Assembly (NCBI GenBank): GCA_025839675.1
Contig: CP104013.1
Coordinates: 5,730,001 to 5,762,000 of the forward strand
Direction of reading: 5' to 3'
Origin: Candidatus Lokiarchaeum ossiferum
GTDB lineage: Archaea; Asgardarchaeota; Lokiarchaeia; Sigyniarchaeales; Promethearchaeaceae
Length of the DNA: 32,000 nucleotides
The notes under the pieces are model-generated. The model was not told the DNA's origin and did no database searches. It saw only the letters and a program-made list of their open reading frames with translations. Shown here piece by piece: positions 9,734-18,005 of this stretch (positions are counted from its first letter, which is position 1; each line of letters opens with the position of its first letter). The position numbers and the translations under genes are program-made.

Positions 9734-10669
9734 TTATAGCAAGTTTGGATATAAATATTTTGTCATATTTTCTAACGCTTGGATAATTCTTGGACCCCCC
9801 CGTAAAAAGATATCATCATTGACCGAATAAATTCGATTGTTTTTTATTGCATTAATTGAACTGTATCCTGTTCGGTTACTTATGATTTGGGAATAAAAAG
9901 GGGCTGAATGTTCCGTAATGAAGATTGCATCGGGATTACCACTTATAATATTTTCATTACTCACCATGGGATATTCTTCGTTAATATCTGCGAAGATATT
10001 TATCCCTCCGGCTTTATCAATCATATCATTTAGAAAAGATTCATTTCCTACAACCATAGGGGATTCCCAAATTTCAAAATAACATGTCATTTTATCGGTG
10101 GCACTTATAGTTGATGTTTTATCTACAATAAGATTATAAGAATCAGTTAACTGATCCGCGAAATCATTTCCTTCCTTCGTGTAGCCTGAAAGTTTTCCAA
10201 TGTCTCTAATTGAATTGATCACATTCATGATTGTACTTCCTGGTTCCACAATAACTATTGTTAAATTCAATGCTTCTAATGTTGCAGTTGATTCTGCATT
10301 AAAAGTGGGAGATATAATTAAATCTGGCGCTAAAGAAACTAATTTTTCTAAGTCCGGTGTTGAAAATCCTCCAATGCTCTCAATATCGAGTGCTTCATTG
10401 GGATAATTGCAGAAATCCGTGCGTCCAACTAAGATATCATTTGCACCTATTGCGAAAAGAATTTCGGTTATTGATGGGGCCATGGAAATGATTCGTTCAG
10501 GGGTGGTTAAAACTTCAACTTCTCGCCCTTGGGAATCGGTATAAATCCATTTATTTCCGAAAGAAAGGAATACCGTATCCGTGACTGAAGCATAAATGCC
10601 ATATCCGGTGAATCCAAAGATACAAACTAATATAAATCCACCCAGAATCTTTTTATTTTTTTCGTTCAT
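9734..10669 (-). CDS. btuF: cobalamin/siderophore-type substrate-binding protein, membrane-anchored
   Basis: N-terminal hydrophobic anchor GGFILVCIFGFTGYGIYA, then ERIISMAPSITEILFAIGANDILVGRTDFCNYP, typical of BtuF/FhuD-class binding proteins. Confidence 0.75.
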   Translation of the reverse strand: MNEKNKKILGGFILVCIFGFTGYGIYASVTDTVFLSFGNKWIYTDSQGREVEVLTTPERIISMAPSITEILFAIGANDILVGRTDFCNYPNEALDIESIGGFSTPDLEKLVSLAPDLIISPTFNAESTATLEALNLTIVIVEPGSTIMNVINSIRDIGKLSGYTKEGNDFADQLTDSYNLIVDKTSTISATDKMTCYFEIWESPMVVGNESFLNDMIDKAGGINIFADINEEYPMVSNENIISGNPDAIFITEHSAPFYSQIISNRTGYSSINAIKNNRIYSVNDDIFLRGGPRIIQALENMTKYLYPNLL

Positions 10670-11000
10670 TTTAAAACCTTATTTTAGAATAATTATTCAA
10701 AAATCGGAGTAGGAAACTTATCCTATAGGTTGTTCAAGTCTACGATATTAAAAAATTTTTTCCTTTTTTATGTGGTTGATTATCCGCTAAAATTTTAAAT
10801 GAGTTTTGTTAAATGATGGCTTTAGTAATTGAAGACATTAAATTTAATCTTTTTAATCCAGAAGAATTTACAGAACAGATAATTCTTTACCTAATTGAAG
10901 CTAAAATGAAATTTATATTTCAAGATATTTTTTCCCAAAAATAATAAAGTCACCACCGAGAGTGTTTTTATGGGAATAGTCTTCCTTCTCCTCCTCACCC

Positions 11001-11711
11001 ATGCAAACCGGAACCGATGTGCTTCATCAAATTTGTAGTGAACCTCCCCTTTCGACAGGCCTTCTCCCCCTTGACACTCTGCTGCATGGGGGATTAACGC
11101 GGGATTTAGTGACCTTACTCATCGGGAATCCGAAAATTAATGCCCAAATTCTCCAACAGATTGCCTTAGAGGCCACCGTTCGTCTCCATCAGACACACCC
11201 CGAGACGACCCAGAAAATCTTGTATGTTGATGGGGCCAACCGCTTCAATCCATATCATTTGTCGCAATTAGCCATTCATCACGGGGTGGCGGCCCAAACG
11301 ATTCTCTCCACCATCTTAGTGTCACGGGCGTTCAATTGGTCCAACATGGTTGAAACCGTGGCCGAAAATTTAGATAAAGTGGCTGATACTCCCATTGATA
11401 TGATCGTGGTGTCAGGCCTCACCAAGTTTTTTGAAGAAGAAGCCGTGATCCCCCGCACCGACACCGCTTCCCCCCAATTGCGTCCCAAGGCTTTCGAAGG
11501 CTTGAATGCCATGTGTGCCGGTTTGAAACGCTTGCAAGCCAAGCATCATACTCGGATTTTACTCTCCACCACCCTCAATACTAAATCCACCGTCAAACCC
11601 GCAGGCGGGCATATTCTCACCCATTTTGCCAATGTCATCATCCGCATGCTCCCCTACCTAAAGTACCTTTTTCAGGTTAAATTTTTTCTTTTCATTTTCT
11701 ATCCCCCTTAG
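11001..11711 (+). CDS. RecA-superfamily (RadB/KaiC-like) protein with degenerate Walker motifs
   Basis: LPLDTLLHGGLTRDLVTLLIG resembles the RadA/RadB/KaiC segment leading into Walker A. However, the P-loop position reads GNPKINAQ (no GK[ST]) and the Walker B strand reads DMIVVSGL (no terminal Asp). GC is much higher than in neighbouring genes (35/60 in line 11041-11100). Confidence 0.45.
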   Translation: MQTGTDVLHQICSEPPLSTGLLPLDTLLHGGLTRDLVTLLIGNPKINAQILQQIALEATVRLHQTHPETTQKILYVDGANRFNPYHLSQLAIHHGVAAQTILSTILVSRAFNWSNMVETVAENLDKVADTPIDMIVVSGLTKFFEEEAVIPRTDTASPQLRPKAFEGLNAMCAGLKRLQAKHHTRILLSTTLNTKSTVKPAGGHILTHFANVIIRMLPYLKYLFQVKFFLFIFYPP

Positions 11712-11796
11712 TATTACCCAAGATTCCCATGATTCCTTTCTAATAGCAAAACTTCTTAGGGAATTACAACTAACCCTTCTTTGGAATTGAATTCGC

Positions 11797-12627
11797 ATGG
11801 GATACATCACAGAGAAAACAGACACCCAATGGATACCACCAGAAAAATATTGGGAGTTACTCCAAATGAAAACCAAAGTTCAATTTCTGCTCGACGATCG
11901 ATCCCAACCAGGAAGCATAGAACAGATTGTAAATTTGAAACCGTATATGCAATTTTTTTCACTCAATATCGCTTCCGGGGATGAAAGAGCGGAAAAGGAA
12001 ATGCTAAAACGGGTGTCGGATACTGTAACCGATTTTTCCGAAGTTCGCCACTATCGACTCACCTGGAAAGGAGATACTCATCCTACCTTCAATTTCCAAA
12101 AAACCCTGCGTCCCAAAATTACGGTTGGGCGATTACCTATTACCCCTCGGGTAAATTTTTCGGCGCTCCGGATAGAAACGTTAGAATACGCTGTTCAACA
12201 AGATCGTCTTCACCGATTTAAAGCCGAGTTTGGTCGCTCTTATCATGAAATGCGGTCGATGGCAAAAGAAAGGGATCCGAAAATTCAATCGCGAATGGAT
12301 GAAATTGAGAAATATTCTATTACTCTGCCCGATTCTTCGGCTTTCGGCGATTGGATATATTATGATTTGGCTTTTTATATGGATTCTTCCCGCAAGTATT
12401 ATATAGAAGGGCGGTTTTACGAGATCCAAGATCAACGGACTGTGGTCTTCTTTGCTCCGATGGATCCTTCCCTTCTCGGCAAGTTCCTCAATTACGCGGA
12501 ACAATGCGGGTTATATTTAGGCTATTTTGTGATTAATCCTCTCTTTCTCCTGATTCTAAAGAAAACTAATCATCTCTATATCGATTCTTTTGAGACGGCG
12601 AGTCGGGCGTTGAATTTTCAGCCATGA
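11797..12627 (+). CDS. hypothetical protein (higher-GC block)
   Basis: 276-aa ORF, 85 nt downstream of and co-directional with the RecA-like gene, with the same elevated GC. No motif recognised. Confidence 0.5.
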   Translation: MGYITEKTDTQWIPPEKYWELLQMKTKVQFLLDDRSQPGSIEQIVNLKPYMQFFSLNIASGDERAEKEMLKRVSDTVTDFSEVRHYRLTWKGDTHPTFNFQKTLRPKITVGRLPITPRVNFSALRIETLEYAVQQDRLHRFKAEFGRSYHEMRSMAKERDPKIQSRMDEIEKYSITLPDSSAFGDWIYYDLAFYMDSSRKYYIEGRFYEIQDQRTVVFFAPMDPSLLGKFLNYAEQCGLYLGYFVINPLFLLILKKTNHLYIDSFETASRALNFQP

Positions 12628-12805
12628 ATCTTTGCAAAGCCTCTCCATTCAAAGATTAGAAAATCGGAAATATCTTAAAAAAAAATATCCAAGTTAATAC
12701 CTTGGGAACCTTCAAATATGGAAAAATATGTTTTTTCCAATAAAATAGCTATAAATAAGCATACCCATTTTTTAATGCAGACACCAATTTTTAGAATGGG
12801 AGAAT

Positions 12806-13108
12806 GTGACTCCATCGGAAAAAAGTAAGCCAGAAATCCCTTGGATCGAGGGCTCTTCTCTATCCAAAATCGGAGATTTAACTCAAAAGCGAGAAAAAAT
12901 CGTCAAAAACGATCATCTAGCAGTTATTTGTGATCGTTGGCAACTCTTTGAACACCGTATTAAAAGAGTTCACGAGGGAACGACTGCCCCGAACAATTCA
13001 AAAAAGATCATTCATGAGAAAGGTACACTTGTTGAAGCCATTTTTGGTGTAATTTACCTAGAAATGGGATTTGAGGAAGTATTACGTGTGATCCCTTCGA
13101 TTCAATAA
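12806..13108 (+). CDS. degenerate RNase III-like domain ORF, possibly a gene remnant
   Basis: The C-terminal KGTLVEAIFGVIYLEMGFEEV resembles the RNase III xDxxEAxxGAIYLDxG helix. The upstream SLSKIGDL echoes the ERLEFLGD signature, but the acidic residues are replaced. The only start is a GTG with a poorly spaced GGGAG, and there is no internal Met until the C-terminal third. Confidence 0.3.
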   Translation: MTPSEKSKPEIPWIEGSSLSKIGDLTQKREKIVKNDHLAVICDRWQLFEHRIKRVHEGTTAPNNSKKIIHEKGTLVEAIFGVIYLEMGFEEVLRVIPSIQ

Positions 13109-13166
13109 GTTTTTAATATTAATTCATTTTAGAGAGAAGATCTAAGAATCGGGAGGAAATGATAAA

Positions 13167-13727
13167 ATGAGTATCGGAATTTCAGGATATTTTGAAGTAA
13201 AAAAAAATGGTAAATGGGTTGGTATCGAATATCTGTACAAAAGAACTCTACAAAATTATGAAATGTATAGTATTTTTTTTGGAATGAGATATCATACAAT
13301 CGAACCAATTGCATATAATCGAGGAATCCCTGATTTCGCTTCAGAAGAATTTCTTGCTGATTATGAAAAATGGGGATCTGATGCTGGGGGCGCAACATTT
13401 CTTTCTGCAAAAGAATATGCCGCAATAGATTGGGAAAAAAGTGATGAAGATGAATATTTGATTGTGGAATATGAATTAATTGATAACCAACTAATCTATA
13501 AAAGAGATGATCATTCTTGGAATTTGAAGATTCCTTCTCAAATGAATTTTGATGAAAATCTTGAAATCCATGATGGAAATAGAGTATTCAAAAAAGAATT
13601 TGTGTCCCGCCAATTCTATATAGATCATTACGCAGATAGCAATTGGTTAGATCTTCTTAGAGATTTTGGAGAATTAGGTGAAAAGCATGGATTGGAAAAC
13701 GTTCGTATGGTGGTTTTCTTTATGTGA
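13167..13727 (+). CDS. hypothetical acidic protein
   Basis: 186-aa ORF with GGAGG at 13152-13156, 10 nt before the ATG. AT-rich composition. No family assigned. Confidence 0.55.
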   Translation: MSIGISGYFEVKKNGKWVGIEYLYKRTLQNYEMYSIFFGMRYHTIEPIAYNRGIPDFASEEFLADYEKWGSDAGGATFLSAKEYAAIDWEKSDEDEYLIVEYELIDNQLIYKRDDHSWNLKIPSQMNFDENLEIHDGNRVFKKEFVSRQFYIDHYADSNWLDLLRDFGELGEKHGLENVRMVVFFM

Positions 13728-13792
13728 AGATTGATATCCAAAACGGTACTTTAAACACCTGTGCCATCCCAATCACTTGAAGCAATTGTAGA

Positions 13793-14578
13793 CTAAATTT
13801 TATTTTTTTTAATAGATTTTTGATTCCACTCTTCAAATAGAAGATCGATCGAATCGAGTTCTTTGGACACGTCACTGGTGCACCGGATTGATTGCTTTAA
13901 CCGGATAAACTTAAACCCCGACACGTTTTCTCCCACAAATTTGAGAAAATTTTCAATAAAGGTCGGAAACTGGGGAATGGCGTGACCCGGGTATTTGAGG
14001 GCTGCTTCCTGCGTAACAATTTCAATGGCTTTTTCCAGTTCCACTTCATCTCCTGGAATCAATTCAAATAATAATTCCTTGATCAATGCTATCACCAATT
14101 TGCGGAGATATTTCTCCATCGTTTCGTGAACTAATTGAGTAATTATTGAAAATATAGCAGGATGCACCCCAGTTTTAGATATGTGTTGCGCAATTCGTTG
14201 ATCATATTGTCTTGTCATAGAGCCCTGTTGTATCTCGAGTTCAGGTTTGAGGAACGGAAGCTCAATTGTCTTGTTATCTGGGTATCTGATTATGACTTTA
14301 TCTTCACTAATTTGAATTTGTTCTCCAAGATGGAGGGCCATTTTGGTACCTCTTGGATTAGTAAGATCCCCTTCAAGATTATCTTTCAAGCGCGGAATAA
14401 TAAGCCCTCCGGGTTGGAAGATAGATTGCTTTATGCAGATTTCCATCATTTCTGCCCGTCTTTTATCTAAATCTAATTTGATGACGCTACGTTTCCAGTT
14501 TTTAGGATTTGCTTGCGATTCGTTATACAATTCAGTCCAATAGTTATGTTCTAGATCCAAGAGACAATTTTTATCCAT
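13793..14578 (-). CDS. hypothetical protein, co-directional neighbour of the OLD nuclease gene
   Basis: The ORF-track start at 14677 is a TTG lying inside the direct repeat. I prefer the first ATG at 14578 (MDKNCLLDLEH...), giving 261 aa. No motif recognised. The gene starts 423 nt downstream of the OLD stop codon. Confidence 0.55.
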   Translation of the reverse strand: MDKNCLLDLEHNYWTELYNESQANPKNWKRSVIKLDLDKRRAEMMEICIKQSIFQPGGLIIPRLKDNLEGDLTNPRGTKMALHLGEQIQISEDKVIIRYPDNKTIELPFLKPELEIQQGSMTRQYDQRIAQHISKTGVHPAIFSIITQLVHETMEKYLRKLVIALIKELLFELIPGDEVELEKAIEIVTQEAALKYPGHAIPQFPTFIENFLKFVGENVSGFKFIRLKQSIRCTSDVSKELDSIDLLFEEWNQKSIKKNKI

Positions 14579-14626
14579 GCGAATACCATGCCTTAATTTG
14601 TGAATGACTTTGGCAAAAGAAAAGAG

Positions 14627-14792
14627 GAAGAAAATCACCAAAGACAAATACTCGGGTCCGCAAACCCTTTCTCTCAATCTTTGATGTTCACGATTTTCAC
14701 CCGATAGTGATCCCAGCAGGACGTTCTCTGCCGACGAAAGTCGTGAATAAAATTTTCTAAAGAAAAGAAAGACATTTTTCTATTTAAAGTCA
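14627..14792. repeat. direct repeat, copy 1 (166 nt)
   Basis: Ungapped hand alignment to 17343-17508 gives 152/166 identical. A 45-nt block is identical in both copies (14646-14690). About 39% GC (64/166 counted). On the minus strand it carries TTTAAATAG (14780-14788). Confidence 0.9.
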
Positions 14793-14971
14793 ATGGAAGG
14801 TTGTTTTTTCCAATTCCTTATAAGGGCGCAAAACATAGCTCAATTAGCGATCCTTAAGAATACGAAAAGGAATGGCACATCCTCGTGAAGAAGAACCAAA
14901 TGGGAAGGAAGATCCCTATGATTTTTGCCTAATCCTCCAATGGTATTCCAACCAAGTGATGGTGTGCAATT

Positions 14972-14986
14972 AAAAAAATTTTTTTT
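14972..14986 (-). terminator. oligo-T tract downstream of the OLD gene
   Basis: The plus strand reads A7T8. On the minus strand this gives a T7 run (14972-14978) about 25 nt after the OLD stop codon. Oligo-T is the usual archaeal termination signal. Confidence 0.3.
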
Positions 14987-15001
14987 CATTCTCAGATTGC
15001 T

Positions 15002-17140
15002 TCAGGAATTCACTATTGCTTGCAACATCTCTTTAATTTCACTAAATATTTCTTCTTTCGTTTGCAACTTAGTTATTCCTCCTAAATCCCGATTCTTCTT
15101 ATAACTTTTTCCAACTTGATGAAATAGGATATCTAATACTTCCGCACCTCGTATTATTGACAGTAGTTCATTATCAATTTCAAAAATAGATTCTTCTTTT
15201 GCCTCAAGAACCAAATTGTTGATTGCTTCGCGATTTTTAATTAAGGTATCGTTTGCCTCTACCTTTCTGTTTTTAATTATTTCGATCAAATTATCACATT
15301 GTTCTTGAAAATTATTAAGAAAATCATCATGGTTTTTTGTTTTAAAAATTTTTTTATCATTGAAATATATTGGATTGCATAATTCAGCAAAAACTCGTTT
15401 TTGAACTAAATCTGGCCCTGCATCAAATATTGCTTTGTTTAGATCTATTTTCTTACTTTCTACATCAGTTAAGTTGAATTGCTGCACTAAATATCGTGTT
15501 AGTATAATTGGATTTAAAACATAGTTTTCCAATTCTCGCCGTTTTAAGATAATTAGGTTAGAATTTTTAAAATCGGATAATTTTTCTTTAAATTTCTGGA
15601 TTTGATAATCAGAATTTTCATCTCGGTCGATTATGAACCACATTTTCATGCCTTGATCTTGTAAAAAATTCATGGTGGCACTAGCAGCATAATGGGTAAA
15701 GGATTTTATTCCGTTTAACACCACAAATCCAATGTGAAGGTCTTCCGGATTCATTCCAAGAGTAAAAAACCAATTATTAAATGCTTCTTTATCGGTGATA
15801 CCCTCAACAAAAATTAATTTATCATAGGTCAGAAGGTCGGCTGGAGATACTCCTAAACGAGTTGATGTTAAAATAAATTCTTCACGATCTAATCGTTTTA
15901 CAGTGGAAAAATCTTCACGACGTAAAACTTCATGTACACTTACTTTAGAACGAATTTGACTGAAAAAGAAAATGGAATGAGTTGAAATTAGTATTTGTTT
16001 GCCTGGAAGAAAATCTTGAATTACATTGAAAAGAATTTTTTGAAGCTTAGGATGCAAGTTTCCCTCGGGTTCCTCAATTAAAAGAATATTTTTTTCATCA
16101 GATTCCAATAAGTGAGTTAATATTATTACCAAATCCTTCAATCCTTTACCTAGAAAATCAAAATTTGTCAGATCTTCCTTATTATGTTCCCGAACAAACG
16201 GAATTATTTTGCCTGTGCTGAGATCTTGCCCAATTTCTGTAATATTCGAATAAAATTGCTTTAAAAGCAGATCTAATTTGTCTAATATTGGTTGCTTTTC
16301 TCGAATATTATAATATTGAAATAGTTTTTGGGGAAAATTATTACCATTGGGAGATATGGGATCGTGTATCAATTTCATCTCCATATTTGCTTGGAACTGG
16401 CGAACGTCTTCAATTGGATGGATATTGTCAAAAAACTGGAATATTTCTCTAAAAAAATATAAACCTAAAGACCACATTTCTTTTTTTCCTAAGTATTGAT
16501 CTACATCATGAGTAGTTCGCATATTATTTAGTTGAATCATGTCGGTTGTTATGGGGGAGATTTTCACAAATTCATTTATACCAACAAGGTAAAATTTAAT
16601 GGTAGTCTTCCTTATATAAGTGGATGAATGTAAAAAATTATATTTTTCAGATATTCTTGACTCATCCAATATTCCTGAGCCGTGAAGTGTGATCTTAGGA
16701 CCCAAATAAGTGATATATGACTTTCCTTCCCCATCAAATTTTATATTCATTTGAATTTTTTTAAAAAATTTCATAAAACCACATGAGATTTCATTCTCAT
16801 GGTAAACGATATTATGTTCCTGAATATTTTTAGGTGTCTCAGGGGAAAAATGTTCTTCTATTGCTTGCCAAATTTCCTGCAATTTAGCTCCGTTGAACCG
16901 AAATGTCATTTCTACTCCACAATCTGTGGATTTTTTCCCAGAACGGAATAAATTTGAATCGACAATTTTATGAAATCGGAATTGTTTTAGAAACCGAAAT
17001 AAGTTGGATTTACCGCTGTTATTAGGCCCAATAATTAGTCCGAGTTGATTTATTCGATCAAAACTTGCTTTCTGATAACTTAGAATATTCTCAAATTTAA
17101 TTGCTGTTAATCCCACTTTAGGTGAGTTCATGATTTCCAT
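15002..17140 (-). CDS. OLD-family nuclease (ABC-type ATPase fused to a Toprim domain)
   Basis: Walker A GPNNSGKS (aa 38-45), Walker B/D-loop LLIEEPEGNLHP, H-loop ISTHS, then a C-terminal Toprim domain with LIFVEGITDKE (catalytic Glu) and WFIIDRDENSD (DxD). This is the domain order of P2 Old and GajA. Confidence 0.85.
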   Translation of the reverse strand: MEIMNSPKVGLTAIKFENILSYQKASFDRINQLGLIIGPNNSGKSNLFRFLKQFRFHKIVDSNLFRSGKKSTDCGVEMTFRFNGAKLQEIWQAIEEHFSPETPKNIQEHNIVYHENEISCGFMKFFKKIQMNIKFDGEGKSYITYLGPKITLHGSGILDESRISEKYNFLHSSTYIRKTTIKFYLVGINEFVKISPITTDMIQLNNMRTTHDVDQYLGKKEMWSLGLYFFREIFQFFDNIHPIEDVRQFQANMEMKLIHDPISPNGNNFPQKLFQYYNIREKQPILDKLDLLLKQFYSNITEIGQDLSTGKIIPFVREHNKEDLTNFDFLGKGLKDLVIILTHLLESDEKNILLIEEPEGNLHPKLQKILFNVIQDFLPGKQILISTHSIFFFSQIRSKVSVHEVLRREDFSTVKRLDREEFILTSTRLGVSPADLLTYDKLIFVEGITDKEAFNNWFFTLGMNPEDLHIGFVVLNGIKSFTHYAASATMNFLQDQGMKMWFIIDRDENSDYQIQKFKEKLSDFKNSNLIILKRRELENYVLNPIILTRYLVQQFNLTDVESKKIDLNKAIFDAGPDLVQKRVFAELCNPIYFNDKKIFKTKNHDDFLNNFQEQCDNLIEIIKNRKVEANDTLIKNREAINNLVLEAKEESIFEIDNELLSIIRGAEVLDILFHQVGKSYKKNRDLGGITKLQTKEEIFSEIKEMLQAIVNS

Positions 17141-17342
17141 GTATCATTATCCTTACTCTTATTAAAGTCCTTAGGAAAATTTTCAGAGTTATTAACAAGT
17201 TGAAATGGTCCAATCTCAAAAAGCTAAAGATTAAGTCATATTTCTTGCTATCTTCTCAAAATAAATAAGAGATAGAATGCTTATGGCCAAATTCAAGCAC
17301 TACGTATTAAGTACCAATTTTATTTATATATAGGAAAGAGAA

Positions 17343-17508
17343 GAAGAAAATCACAAAAGATAAATACTCGGGTCCGCAAACCCTTTCTCTCAATCTTTGA
17401 TGTTCAAGATCTTCACCCGATAATTGTCCCAGCAGGACGTTCTCGGCCGAGAAAAGTTGTGAATAAAATTTTCTAAAGAAAAATAAGACATTTTTCTATT
17501 TAAGGTCA
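17343..17508. repeat. direct repeat, copy 2 (166 nt)
   Basis: Matches 14627-14792 (152/166 identical, no gaps), with the identical core at 17362-17406. Lies 203-368 nt upstream of the OLD start codon. On the minus strand it carries CTTAAATAG (17496-17504). Confidence 0.9.
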
Positions 17509-18005
17509 CGGGAAAGTCTTATTTTTAGATGGGTAAAAAATAAAATTAAACAAAACAGGTTCAACCAGCAATCTCAAGATGATGCCGCCGGATTACTTCT
17601 CTCATGATTCATCGAATACAGGAAGTCCAAGAACTGAACATCTTACAATGCATCAAGTTTCTTGGTAAACCCAACTTCCGCAAAGATATGCATATAACTC
17701 AAACACACACTTACCGTAGGTACATAGATCGAAAAATCAATAGTGATCTCCGTCATCTTACCTTATTAGATCAGCGAAGGCTTACAGAATCGGAAATGCC
17801 TTAAAAAAAGATCGCCCTCTCCTTGTTTATAGTTCATTTTGCAATGTTCCTGAATATGACGGCAATAAATGCGAAAAAGGCTGAAAAGAGAAAAAAAAAT
17901 CCCCAAAAAACTTCCTTGTACAAAGCATGCTTGATTCTAGGAATTTTTTAAGATATAATATATAAGATATAATTGATCAAATAAACAAACTGAGCTGTCC
18001 AAAAT

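Noticed and set aside
1768-10406. Short ORFs antisense to, or nested within, the B12 genes: 1768..2046, 3501..3710, 5053..5244, 6316..6516, 6700..6897, 8632..8982 and 10200..10406.
   Set aside because: They lie completely inside well-supported genes with family motifs and are typical shadow ORFs of AT-rich coding sequence.
10670-11000. A cobalamin riboswitch or other leader RNA upstream of btuF, and a 43-codon ORF at 10813..10944.
   Set aside because: I could not recognise a B12-box-like conserved core. The region is almost pure AT with no obvious stems, and cobalamin riboswitches are not established in archaea. The small ORF has no supporting signal.
12656-12685. A ~28-30-nt similarity between TTAGAAAATCGGAAATATCTTAAAAAAA (12656-12685) and TTACAGAATCGGAAATGCCTTAAAAAAA (17782-17809), each at the 3' end of a higher-GC segment.
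   Set aside because: It is too short and A-rich to exclude chance by eye, and the flanks do not align convincingly. It would need a proper local alignment with statistics.
11279-14543. Overlapping ORFs 11279..11542(-), 11658..11876(-), 11781..11984(+), 12181..12504(-), 13129..13425(-), 14162..14470(+) and 14343..14543(+).
   Set aside because: Each is antisense to, or frame-shifted within, a longer and more plausible ORF, and none has start-site support.
14579-14677. TTG-initiated N-terminal extension of ORF 13793..14677.
   Set aside because: It lies inside the direct repeat (non-coding in copy 2), uses TTG, and encodes a low-complexity hydrophobic stretch. I prefer the first ATG at 14578.
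14674-14775. A 33-codon minus-strand ORF (MSFFSLENFIHDFRRQRTSCWDHYRVKIVNIKD) is kept intact, with the same length, in both repeat copies. The second copy is at 17390-17491.
   Set aside because: Between the copies I count 6 amino-acid-changing codon differences against 2 synonymous ones, so there is no sign of purifying selection. The TATA-like box sits only ~5 nt upstream of the ATG, so it could not drive its transcription, and there is no SD-like sequence. The conservation is better explained at the nucleotide level.
15002-17140. Calling the OLD-family gene Gabija gajA.
   Set aside because: No UvrD/PcrA-like helicase (GajB) gene is adjacent on either side, so the Gabija call is unsupported.
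17604-17804. 66-codon plus-strand ORF in the long spacer upstream of the OLD gene.
   Set aside because: It has no SD-like sequence or TATA-like box at a sensible distance, it is basic and low in complexity, and it sits in sequence that looks decayed. I treat it as non-coding unless homology shows otherwise.
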